A stretch of 64,000 nucleotides of DNA, from contig JAFZEA010000002.1 of the NCBI GenBank assembly GCA_017560905.1, positions 19,497-83,496 on the forward strand, in the 5' to 3' direction. Shown in pieces: positions 8,606 through 16,834 of this stretch; position 1 is the first letter of the stretch, and each line of letters begins with the position of its first letter. Source of the DNA: Clostridia bacterium. Lineage in GTDB: Bacteria; Bacillota; Clostridia; Oscillospirales; QAKW01. A program made the position numbers and the translations under genes. The notes below the pieces were generated by a model. The model did not search any database and was not told the origin of the DNA. It was given only the letters and a program-made list of their open reading frames with translations.

Positions 8606-9151
8606 ATGCAAAAGTTTTTTAAAAAATTCTCAGAGTCTGTCAAACAGCTGCGAAATGTCAGAACGCTCACGATCGGCGGTCTGCTGATTGCCCTGTATGT
8701 TTTACTGGGTACATTTGTGCACTTTTATCCCAGCGATTCTATCAAGATCAGTTTTGAATTTATCATTCTGGCGGCGGCCGGCTTTTTGTGCGGCCCCGTA
8801 ATGGCTATGTTGGTGGGCGGTGTCGGCGACATACTGGCCTGGCTTGTGCATCCGCACGGTGCACTCATCCCCGGCATTACGATCGCCACGGCGCTGGCAG
8901 GAATGTTATTCGGTCTGTTTTTTTACAAAGAGCGCATTGCCCTGCCCCGTTGCATTACGGCCGCCATTGCCGAAACCGTAGTCATAGAACTGCTGCTCAA
9001 GGTAGCGGTGCTGGCCTCGTTTTACAGTACGACATTTTGGGCGATGCTGATTACGAGAGTGCCTGTCGAGTTGATTATGACAGTCATTATGTGCTTTTTC
9101 AATTTTGCATTTCTTAAAATGATAAAGCCCATCAAAAAAAGGTTAAACTAA
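8606..9151 (+). CDS. folT: folate-family ECF transporter S component
   Basis: 181 aa, 5-6 TM helices, strong RBS aaaggagg. Family pattern plus the THF riboswitch upstream. Confidence 0.85.
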   Translation: MQKFFKKFSESVKQLRNVRTLTIGGLLIALYVLLGTFVHFYPSDSIKISFEFIILAAAGFLCGPVMAMLVGGVGDILAWLVHPHGALIPGITIATALAGMLFGLFFYKERIALPRCITAAIAETVVIELLLKVAVLASFYSTTFWAMLITRVPVELIMTVIMCFFNFAFLKMIKPIKKRLN

Positions 9152-9154
9152 ATG

Positions 9155-9380
9155 AAAAAGGAAGTTGCATTTCGTCAACAAAACTCCGTCGGCGCACGTG
9201 GGTACGGTAGGAGATTTGTTGGCAAAAAACAGAGAAAAGCCTTGCAGAGCATGGCTTCCCCAGAAAAATCAAATGTTAATGTTGGGATTTGGATCGGAGT
9301 TTGTGACTTTAGTAAGTATGAACTCTTTTCTTTTATTTTCTCTTCTTCTCTGTGGTGAAACTACTTTTTTGACAGTCTGA
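9155..9380 (+). repeat. dispersed ~225-nt structured element, copy 1 (candidate ncRNA / miniature mobile element)
   Basis: Aligns end to end with 13822..14046. The 15-bp stem 9173..9187/9210..9224 is compensatorily different from copy 2. Lies between the folT stop and its terminator. Confidence 0.7.
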
Positions 9381-9410
9381 AAAAGGTGCTGCCTTGGGCA
9401 GCACCTTTTT
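9380..9410. terminator. intrinsic (bidirectional) terminator
   Basis: aaaaaggtgctgcc / ggcagcaccttttt. Confidence 0.8.
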
Positions 9411-9445
9411 GATTTGATTTGCATATAATATTACGGTGATTTTTT

Positions 9446-9679
9446 ATGAACTATACATTTCGAGAACTGCGCAAAAAGGAAATTATTGATCTGTGTGACG
9501 GTGCCCGTCTGGGTTTTGCAGAAGATCTGGTCATCGACGGTTGCGGTAACATACTGTGTGTCACCGTCCCGCCCAGCGGCTTTCACTTCCCTTTCGGCAA
9601 GGGTGAATGTCTGCAGATTCCTTGGAAAAACATTCAGCGCATCACAACAGAAACCATCTGGGTCAAGCTCAATCCGTAA
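9446..9679 (+). CDS. ylmC: YlmC/YmxH-family sporulation protein (PRC-barrel)
   Basis: 77 aa, ELRKKEIIDLCDGARLGFAEDLVID pattern. Confidence 0.8.
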   Translation: MNYTFRELRKKEIIDLCDGARLGFAEDLVIDGCGNILCVTVPPSGFHFPFGKGECLQIPWKNIQRITTETIWVKLNP

Positions 9680-10652
9680 TCTTATTTTTCAAAAATTCAT
9701 GCCAACGCGTCGCGGCGGCATCGAGGTCGTAGCGCCAATACCACACGCCGTTATATATGCCGCCGTCAGGATTATCCGCCTTATCGGGCAGTACACATTC
9801 ACGAATGTTCCAATCGCAACGCGCCGCATCCAGCATAGCCTCCGTCAACTCGCCGATGCTGAGGGTGGTTTCCAATCGCGGCAAAAATTCACGCAACAAT
9901 TTGGGATATTCAAATATGTTTTTCTCCAGCAATTTATCCATCAATCTCTGAATGACCACTCGCTGACGGCCGGAGCGCGCCGCTTCATTATCAATATTAC
10001 GAATACGGCCGTAGGCTGTCACCTGCAGTCCCGTAAGATGCACAAAGCCCGACTGTGTGAGCCTTTCACTGCCGCCCATAGATACCACAAGCGAATTGAT
10101 ATTGTTGCGCTCCGCCTCGGTGATCTCCATATCCAATCCTCCGACAGCGTCCACAAGCATAGCCACGTCAGAAAAATCCAGCACCAGATATTCCGATATA
10201 TTCATATCAAAGTTACTGTTGATGGTATTGAGCATCAGTTCTGCTCCGCCGTAGGCATAGGCGTGGTTGATCTTATCGTGTCCGTGTCCTTGGACGGCAA
10301 CATAGCTGTCACGGAGAATGGAGGTCAGCTTGATCTGCTGATTTTGCATATCCACCGTAAAGATCATAACACTGTCTGCACGACCTACATAGCTCTCATA
10401 AGTGTCTACGCCGAATACTGCTACGTGAAACAGATCGTTTTTAGGTGCATCTTCGGACAAGCTGATCTTTTCTGTGTTGATCTCCACGACCTGTGACTCA
10501 AATTCACCGAACGTATAGTAGTACAAGCCTACCGCAGAGGCGATCAGTATCAAAGCAATGGCGCCCACCGCAATTCCGAAAATTTGCCAGAAGCGGCGAA
10601 TGCTTTTTTTGTTTTTTCTTTTTTTCTTAGTTTTCATTTGATTATTGCTCAT
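9669..10652 (-). CDS. LytR-CpsA-Psr (LCP) family cell-wall glycopolymer ligase
   Basis: 327 aa. Basic N-terminus plus TM, RADSVMIFTVD...LTSILRDSYV...INHAYAYGG motifs. Confidence 0.85.
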   Translation of the reverse strand: MSNNQMKTKKKRKNKKSIRRFWQIFGIAVGAIALILIASAVGLYYYTFGEFESQVVEINTEKISLSEDAPKNDLFHVAVFGVDTYESYVGRADSVMIFTVDMQNQQIKLTSILRDSYVAVQGHGHDKINHAYAYGGAELMLNTINSNFDMNISEYLVLDFSDVAMLVDAVGGLDMEITEAERNNINSLVVSMGGSERLTQSGFVHLTGLQVTAYGRIRNIDNEAARSGRQRVVIQRLMDKLLEKNIFEYPKLLREFLPRLETTLSIGELTEAMLDAARCDWNIRECVLPDKADNPDGGIYNGVWYWRYDLDAAATRWHEFLKNKITD

Positions 10653-12123
10653 TTACATAATCAACAAAACGCATAAAAGCATCTTGATCTTTATATACAC
10701 CGCCATGCTCCAGCACCCTACAAAATACCTTGCCGATCTCATTTTGCAAAATTTCATCAATATTTTCTTCGGTAATACTCTCATAGCAAGGCAAGAATTC
10801 CTCAACCCAAGCTTTGTGCTTTTCAAGTTCACCGTGAATGGGCTTACCATTTAAGATGGCATCTTTGAGTTGTGCCATTTCATCCTTGAGTCGTGCAGGC
10901 AGTACCGCCAGACCCATAACCTCGATAAGACCGATATTTTCTTTTTTGATGTGGTGCAACTCAGCGTGGGGATGGTACAAACCAAATGGATGCTCCTCGG
11001 TGGTCAGATTGTTGCGAAGTACCAGATCCAGTTCAAAGTCCTCTCCTCGTCTGCGGGCAATGGGAGTGATGGTATTATGAGGTACGCCGTCTGTTTCGGC
11101 AAAGATGACCGACGCTTCATCGGTGTAACCTCGCCAGGCTCCAAGGATTTTATCCGCCAGGTCGACCAGCACGTCTTTATCCGCAGAGCGAAGGCGCAGT
11201 ACGCTCATAGGCCACTTGACAATACTCGCTTTGACCTGCCCAAAGCCCTTAAACTCCACTTGTTTTGCAATAGGAGCACGCTCCATGGCGAATTCAAAGT
11301 GTCCGCCCTGAAAATGATCGTGGGTCAATATAGAGCCACCCACAATGGGCAGGTCGGCGTTGGAGCCCAGAAAATAGTGCGGAAAGATTGTCGTAAACTG
11401 CAACAGTCTTTCAAAAGTCTTGCGGCTGATTTTCATAGGTGTATGCTCACCGCACAGCACAATGCAGTGCTCATTGTAATAAACATAGGGAGAATACTGC
11501 AAAAACCACTCTTCCCCACTCAGGTCCAACGGAATGATACGGTGATTCTGTCGGGCGGCGGCATTCATTCTGCCGGCATAGCCCTCGTTTTCCTTGCAAA
11601 GAGCGCATTTGGGATAATTACTGGACTTGCTGTTGAGTGCGGCGGCGATCGCCTTGGGATCTTTTTCGGGTTTGGAAAGATTGATGGTAATATCCAGATC
11701 GCCATACGGTGTGGCGGTCTGCCACTTCACATCTTTACAGATGCGGTAGCGGCGAATGTAGTCACTGTCCTGACTGAAAGCATAATAATTATCGGTAGCC
11801 AGCACAGGATCCTCGGCATAATCTGCCCAAAATCCTGCGATCACTTGGCTGGGGCGAGGCATAAGAAGTCCCATCAGTTTTGCATCAAACAGATCACGCT
11901 CGGTCTGACTCTCTGCATCAATGAGTCCCTTTTTAGCAGCAAAATCAAGCAAGTCGCCCAATATTTCCTCCAGAGGTCTCTCCAAAGCTTTTCTGTCGGG
12001 AGAAAAGTCCGACATTCCCAGAGCAGAGAGCAAACTGTTTGTCACAAAAATTTCATCCTCAGCACGCAACAGATTACAGCTGACACCATAATCCACCAAA
12101 TCTAAAATGGCATTATCAACCAT
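10642..12123 (-). CDS. galT: UDP-glucose--hexose-1-phosphate uridylyltransferase (type 2 GalT)
   Basis: 493 aa from MVDNAILDL, typical of the Firmicute long-form GalT. The ORF-track start 12183 has no RBS. Confidence 0.88.
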   Translation of the reverse strand: MVDNAILDLVDYGVSCNLLRAEDEIFVTNSLLSALGMSDFSPDRKALERPLEEILGDLLDFAAKKGLIDAESQTERDLFDAKLMGLLMPRPSQVIAGFWADYAEDPVLATDNYYAFSQDSDYIRRYRICKDVKWQTATPYGDLDITINLSKPEKDPKAIAAALNSKSSNYPKCALCKENEGYAGRMNAAARQNHRIIPLDLSGEEWFLQYSPYVYYNEHCIVLCGEHTPMKISRKTFERLLQFTTIFPHYFLGSNADLPIVGGSILTHDHFQGGHFEFAMERAPIAKQVEFKGFGQVKASIVKWPMSVLRLRSADKDVLVDLADKILGAWRGYTDEASVIFAETDGVPHNTITPIARRRGEDFELDLVLRNNLTTEEHPFGLYHPHAELHHIKKENIGLIEVMGLAVLPARLKDEMAQLKDAILNGKPIHGELEKHKAWVEEFLPCYESITEENIDEILQNEIGKVFCRVLEHGGVYKDQDAFMRFVDYVNEQ

Positions 12124-12167
12124 TTGACTCACCTCACTTGTATAGTTAATATTTATTATACATAACC

Positions 12168-12196
12168 TTGACGAAAAATGCAAGATATGATATCAT
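12168..12196 (+). promoter_or_regulatory. candidate sigma-A promoter
   Basis: TTGACG, 17 nt, TATCAT. RBS ggagg lies before ATG 12222. Confidence 0.45.
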
Positions 12197-12221
12197 TACC
12201 CATAAGTTTGGAGGCATAAAA

Positions 12222-13127
12222 ATGAACAAGCAGAAACTTAAAGGTAATCTGATGATGCTGTTGACCGCATTGATCTGGGGCACTGCCTTTGTCGCACAAA
12301 GCAGCGCTATGGACAGTGTAGATCCCTTTTCATTTATGGCGGCGCGCAATTTGTTGGGTGCCATAGTACTGATACCCGTAATATTAATATTTTCTGACAA
12401 AAAAGCAAAGTCCGATCAAAAAAATACATGGATCGGCGGTGTCGTTTGCGGCGCAATACTGTTTGTAGCCTCGGCACTTCAGCAGTACGGTCTGGTCTAC
12501 ACCACCACAGCCAAGGCAGGATTTATTACAACACTCTATGTGGTACTTGTTCCGCTGGCCGGCCTGTTTCTGGGCAAAAAAGTAATGCCGGTGGTATGGA
12601 TCAGTGTGTTGCTGAGCGTGGTCGGTTTTTATTTCTTGTGCATCAACGAAAACTTTACTCTGGCACCGGGAGATCTGTTGGTCTTGCTGTGCGCCGTAGC
12701 CTTTACGGTGCATATTATGGTGATAGATCACTTTTCCCCCAAGGCAGACGGCATCAAGATGTCCTGTATACAGTTTTTGGTCTGCGGTTTGCTGAGTCTG
12801 CTGTTCTCTTTGATTTGCGGCCCGGCAAGTCCGCAGGCACTGCTGTCAGCGTGGATACCCATTCTTTACACGGGTATTCTGTCCAGCGGCGTAGCCTATA
12901 CCCTGCAGATCTTGGCGCAGAAATTCACCGACGCTGTGATGGTCAGCCTGATCGGTTCGTTGGAAGCGGTGTTCGCCACGCTTTTCGGTTTCCTTTTCTG
13001 GAAGATCGGCTACATAGACAACGGAAATGTAACACTGCAACAGTTGGGCGGTTGTGCTCTTGTATTTGCCGCCGTTATTCTGGTACAGCTTCCCCTCAAA
13101 AAAGGTGAAAAATATGAAACTTCTTAA
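12222..13127 (+). CDS. DMT-superfamily (EamA) transporter
   Basis: About 10 TM helices with two EamA-like halves. Start at MNKQKLKG behind an RBS. Confidence 0.8.
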   Translation: MNKQKLKGNLMMLLTALIWGTAFVAQSSAMDSVDPFSFMAARNLLGAIVLIPVILIFSDKKAKSDQKNTWIGGVVCGAILFVASALQQYGLVYTTTAKAGFITTLYVVLVPLAGLFLGKKVMPVVWISVLLSVVGFYFLCINENFTLAPGDLLVLLCAVAFTVHIMVIDHFSPKADGIKMSCIQFLVCGLLSLLFSLICGPASPQALLSAWIPILYTGILSSGVAYTLQILAQKFTDAVMVSLIGSLEAVFATLFGFLFWKIGYIDNGNVTLQQLGGCALVFAAVILVQLPLKKGEKYETS

Positions 13128-13767
13128 ACACATTGTATTCATTTTGCTGACAGCGGCATCCGTGGCGCTGTATCTGTTTTTCGATTTCAAGATAGTGTTC
13201 TTTACGATTTCGGCACTGCTTGTCAATACCGCCTGCACAAAACTACAGTATCACATCACCTACAAAAATGCCTGCATGTATTCCTTTAAAAAATACCCGA
13301 TCGGCTTTATGGCACTGCCGCCGTACATCCTGTGCTTTGGCAACATTGCGGCCCTGCAGAAAAGTAATATTCCGGAATACTCCAATCCTCTTTATCATGA
13401 AAACTTGTTTAAATGGTGCTACACATGGGGCTCACTGCTGATGCTGATCACACTGTTTTTGTGGGTGGGTATGCTTGCCATGAATCTCTTCGGTTCGCTA
13501 AAATACGGCTACTACGGCATCAATATCCTATCTGCCGTAGGTTTAGGTGCCTGCCTGTATGTTGCAACCGATATCTTCGCTATGGGAACACGGTACAGTA
13601 CGATATTTATGGTATTGACCATACTCTATGAGATATTGTTTGTACTGCTGTGGTTTTATCTGAGAAAGAAAAATATCCAACCCGTCAACCGTGCCTTCTT
13701 TGCGCTGGCCGATCAAGACGAGCTTTTATGGAGAAAAAAACTAAAAGATAAGCGATGGAGAGACTAA
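13114..13767 (+). CDS. hypothetical polytopic membrane protein
   Basis: 217 aa from MKLLKH (RBS aaggtga), 5-6 hydrophobic helices. No family recognised. Confidence 0.5.
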   Translation: MKLLKHIVFILLTAASVALYLFFDFKIVFFTISALLVNTACTKLQYHITYKNACMYSFKKYPIGFMALPPYILCFGNIAALQKSNIPEYSNPLYHENLFKWCYTWGSLLMLITLFLWVGMLAMNLFGSLKYGYYGINILSAVGLGACLYVATDIFAMGTRYSTIFMVLTILYEILFVLLWFYLRKKNIQPVNRAFFALADQDELLWRKKLKDKRWRD

Positions 13768-13780
13768 CTCTCCATCGCTT
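13750..13780 (+). repeat. 31-bp direct repeat, left copy (terminator-type hairpin overlapping CDS end)
   Basis: aagcgatggagagactaactctccatcgctt, identical to 14047..14077. Confidence 0.95.
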
Positions 13781-13812
13781 CAGCGTGTCAAAGAACCCTC
13801 TTTGACGCGCTG
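13781..13812. repeat. 14-bp-stem hairpin adjoining element copy 2
   Basis: cagcgtgtcaaaga-accc-tctttgacgcgctg (one G-U pair). Confidence 0.6.
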
Positions 13813-13821
13813 GAGGTTGTC

Positions 13822-14046
13822 AAAAAGGAAGTTGCATTTCGCCGATGCGGTCTCGTCGGCGTACGTGGGTACGGTAGAGGTCGCATCGGCGGAAAACAGA
13901 GAAAAGCCTTGCAGAGCAAGGCTTCCCCAAACGATACTTTTGTCATGAATTGATTTTGGAAAGAATTGAGATTTTGTATATAGTACAAACTTGTTTTCTT
14001 TTATTTTGTTATTTCTCTGTGGTGAAACGACTTTTTTGACAGTCTG
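13822..14046 (+). repeat. dispersed ~225-nt structured element, copy 2
   Basis: Same architecture as 9155..9380, with stem 13840..13854/13877..13891. Confidence 0.7.
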
Positions 14047-14077
14047 AAGCGATGGAGAGACTAACTCTCCATCGCTT
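14047..14077. terminator. 31-bp direct repeat, right copy; functional bidirectional terminator between the 13114 gene and mnmA
   Basis: gcgatggagag / ctctccatcgc stem followed by TTTTATTTT. Abuts the mnmA stop. Confidence 0.8.
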
Positions 14078-15136
14078 TTATTTTATAATTCCGCCGCCCA
14101 ACACGGTATCTCCGTCATAGAATACCGCACTCTGCCCTGCGGCGGGGCGCTTTTGCGGAGTGTCAAACAGCACTGTAATCCCATCCGACTCCGGTATCAG
14201 CGTAGCCTGCACAGGGGGAGCCTGATATCTGGTGACGACCTCGGCTCGCAGTGCAGAAACAGGTGGTTGTATGGCGATCCAGTTGACCTCTCCCACACAG
14301 ATGCGCTCGATCAGCAGTGCTTCACGAGGGGCAACAACGATCTCATTTTTTTGCAAATTCTTTTCGATCACATAACCCGGCTGCGGCAATGCCAACCCCA
14401 GTCCGCGGCGTTGGCCCACGGTATAACCGATCAGCCCTTTATGCCGCCCCAGTACATTGCCTTCGAGATCTACAAAGTCGCCCTCGGGATAGTCCTTTCC
14501 CGTATATCGGGAAATAAAATCAGCATACGCCCCGTCGGGCACAAAACAGATGTCCTGACTGTCGGGACGAAGTGCATTGTCAAATCCTCGCTCCGCCGCC
14601 AAAGCCCGCACCTGCTCCTTGCTCTCGATCTCACCCAATGGAAAACAGGTGTGTGCCAGTTGCTCCTGAGAGAGAAAATACAACACGTAGCTCTGATCTT
14701 TGCGCTTATCCTTTGCCCGTTGCAACAGATAACGCTCGCCGTCAAAGGTCACACGAGCATAATGCCCCGTTACGACCTTGTCACAGCCCAACTCTTTGAC
14801 ACGTTGGTACAGACGGCCAAACTTCATATGGCGGTTACACTCAATACAGGGGTTGGGCGTTTGCCCCGCTTCATAACTGCGAACAAAAGGCTCTACCACC
14901 GTACGGACAAATTCATCCGAGCAATCCACTGCTTCAAACGCCATCCCGAGCCGCCGAGCGACCGCAGCGGCGTCAGCGGCATCCTGCGGTGAACCGCACT
15001 TTTCTCCGTAGATTTCCTTGCTTTCGGGGTGCAGTTTCATAGTGATGCCCACACCCTCGTAACCCGACTCGAGCATCAGCGCGGCGGCCACCGAGCTGTC
15101 CACGCCGCCACTCATAGCGATCAACGCTTTTTTCAC
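14078..15136 (-). CDS. mnmA: tRNA 2-thiouridine(34) synthase
   Basis: 352 aa, PP-loop AMSGGVDSS, CxxC region NPCIECN. Confidence 0.95.
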   Translation of the reverse strand: MKKALIAMSGGVDSSVAAALMLESGYEGVGITMKLHPESKEIYGEKCGSPQDAADAAAVARRLGMAFEAVDCSDEFVRTVVEPFVRSYEAGQTPNPCIECNRHMKFGRLYQRVKELGCDKVVTGHYARVTFDGERYLLQRAKDKRKDQSYVLYFLSQEQLAHTCFPLGEIESKEQVRALAAERGFDNALRPDSQDICFVPDGAYADFISRYTGKDYPEGDFVDLEGNVLGRHKGLIGYTVGQRRGLGLALPQPGYVIEKNLQKNEIVVAPREALLIERICVGEVNWIAIQPPVSALRAEVVTRYQAPPVQATLIPESDGITVLFDTPQKRPAAGQSAVFYDGDTVLGGGIIK

Positions 15137-15598
15137 TTAAAATTCCTCTTCCAGCGCAATGATCTTATTGACACGGTTGAGATGTCTTACACCCTCTTCG
15201 GTCTCGCCGTCAAAGGGAGCCTTCATAAAGGCATCCAGCACACGAATCATAATTTCCTCACCGATAACACGGGCGCCCATACACAAAACGTTGGCATTGT
15301 TATGACGGCGGGTCATCTCTGCTGAAAAAGTATCCGAGCAGACCGAGGCACGCACGCCTTTTACTTTGTTGGCGGCGATGCTCATACCGATACCGGTACC
15401 GCAGATCAGTACACCAAGTTTGCTTTTGCCCTCGGCCACATCGTGTGCCACCTCTTTGGCGCCGTCTACGTAATCAAACCAAAAAGCGCTGCCGTCCTCG
15501 GGCAGAGCCACACGGTACTCTACACCATTTTCCTTAAAGTACTCGCAGCACTTTGCCACGTATTCCACGCCGGCTTTATCACATGCAATAGTAATCAT
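15137..15598 (-). CDS. rpiB: ribose-5-phosphate isomerase B
   Basis: 153 aa, ICGTGIGMSIAANK motif. Confidence 0.92.
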   Translation of the reverse strand: MITIACDKAGVEYVAKCCEYFKENGVEYRVALPEDGSAFWFDYVDGAKEVAHDVAEGKSKLGVLICGTGIGMSIAANKVKGVRASVCSDTFSAEMTRRHNNANVLCMGARVIGEEIMIRVLDAFMKAPFDGETEEGVRHLNRVNKIIALEEEF

Positions 15599-16281
15599 TG
15601 TTCTTTTCCTCCAAGTTTTATATTTCTTTCTCTTTCCGCTTGCGACAAACGCAGATATCGAAGTCCGAGTTCGACCGCGGAAACGGGGTCGATGTTTTGT
15701 GTGGCTTTTGCCACACTGATGCCGAGAATGAGAGGATGGGCAGGCTTTTGCACCTGTTGAGCTACATCCTCGCTTAAAAGATAGGCACCGTCACCCGGCA
15801 CGTAGACCTTCTTTCCTTGATCAAGATAAGACAATATCTCATTTTCAAGCTGCTCTACCGCGATGGCACGATCCTCGGTAATTTGGCTAATCTTGCCCTC
15901 TTGTACAGCAAAGGTCGCCGTATATGTCTGCTGTCGACGGGCATCCATCATCGGAATGACCACACCCTCACAATCGATACAATTATAGGCCAGTGCCGAA
16001 AGCGTCGGCACCGGATAGCAGGGCTTGTCCCCCGCCAGACCCTTGACCAGTGCACAGCCGATGCGCAGTCCCGTAAATGAACCCGGACCGTTTGTCACGG
16101 CAAAGGCATCAATCTCATCAATGCTTTTCCCCGCTTTTTTAAGCGTTGCATCCACCAGCGGAAGCAGTGTTTCGGAATGGGTAAAACCGCTGTTTTCAAA
16201 CCCTTCGGCAAGTAGTATTTCCCCATCAGTGACAGCAACCGCCGCACTCTTGGCCGAGGCATCCACACTTAATAATATCAT
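15595..16281 (-). CDS. tsaB: tRNA t6A biosynthesis protein TsaB
   Basis: 228 aa with the N-terminal ILLSVDASAKSAAVAV pattern. Overlaps tsaE and rpiB by 4 nt. Confidence 0.88.
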   Translation of the reverse strand: MILLSVDASAKSAAVAVTDGEILLAEGFENSGFTHSETLLPLVDATLKKAGKSIDEIDAFAVTNGPGSFTGLRIGCALVKGLAGDKPCYPVPTLSALAYNCIDCEGVVIPMMDARRQQTYTATFAVQEGKISQITEDRAIAVEQLENEILSYLDQGKKVYVPGDGAYLLSEDVAQQVQKPAHPLILGISVAKATQNIDPVSAVELGLRYLRLSQAERERNIKLGGKEQ

Positions 16282-16706
16282 ATCTGTTCTCCCATCCGTT
16301 CTATGGTAATTACACGGCTCGCTTCACTCTCGCCGTGTTCTATATTGAGTCGGATATATTGTCTGGGCAGTTCTTCTTGGATATTTTCGCTCCATTCGAT
16401 GAGAAGCACACCCTGTCCCAAATAGTCGTAATATCCCGTGGAATAAAGTTCTTCATAATCGCTCACCCGATACATATCAAAATGATAGATAGGAAGGCGA
16501 CCCGAGTACTCGTGCACCATAGCAAAGGTGGGACTGGTCACCTCGTCCCGACTACCCAGTGCCTCGCAGAGAAAACGGCTGAAGGTCGTCTTGCCCGCGC
16601 CCAGTCCTCCAAAGTATGCAATTACAACAGGACCGCTGATCTGTGCCGCCAGCTGCTCGGCAACCGTCTTGGTTTCGGCAAGCGAATTTACCTCAAATCG
16701 TTCCAT
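16278..16706 (-). CDS. tsaE: tRNA t6A biosynthesis ATPase TsaE
   Basis: 142 aa, P-loop GGLGAGKTTF, SPTFAMVHEY. Confidence 0.9.
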   Translation of the reverse strand: MERFEVNSLAETKTVAEQLAAQISGPVVIAYFGGLGAGKTTFSRFLCEALGSRDEVTSPTFAMVHEYSGRLPIYHFDMYRVSDYEELYSTGYYDYLGQGVLLIEWSENIQEELPRQYIRLNIEHGESEASRVITIERMGEQI

Positions 16707-16772
16707 TTTCTCACCTCCGTTTCATATTCTAACATAAAAACACAAAAAATAATATACTTTTTAATATTTTTA

Positions 16773-16800
16773 TTGAGAAAATTATTTTTTTTGATATAAT
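16773..16800 (+). promoter_or_regulatory. candidate promoter with extended -10
   Basis: TTGAGA, 16 nt, TGaTATAAT. Confidence 0.4.
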
Positions 16801-16834
16801 AGATGTATATGATCATTTAAAAGGAGGGATATCG

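Noticed and set aside
9152-9380. ORFs inside the repeated element: 9152..9358 and 9165..9380 on the + strand, and 13788..13988 on the - strand.
   Set aside because: The two element copies do not share a conserved reading frame. The compensatory stem changes alter the putative peptide completely, and copy 2 has no start codon in the frame shared with copy 1.
9340-9390. Possible hammerhead-like core (CUGA ... GAAAC) at the 3' end of the repeated element.
   Set aside because: The CUGAnGA box is not satisfied in either copy (ctgaaaa / ctgaagc), and no three-stem junction can be drawn.
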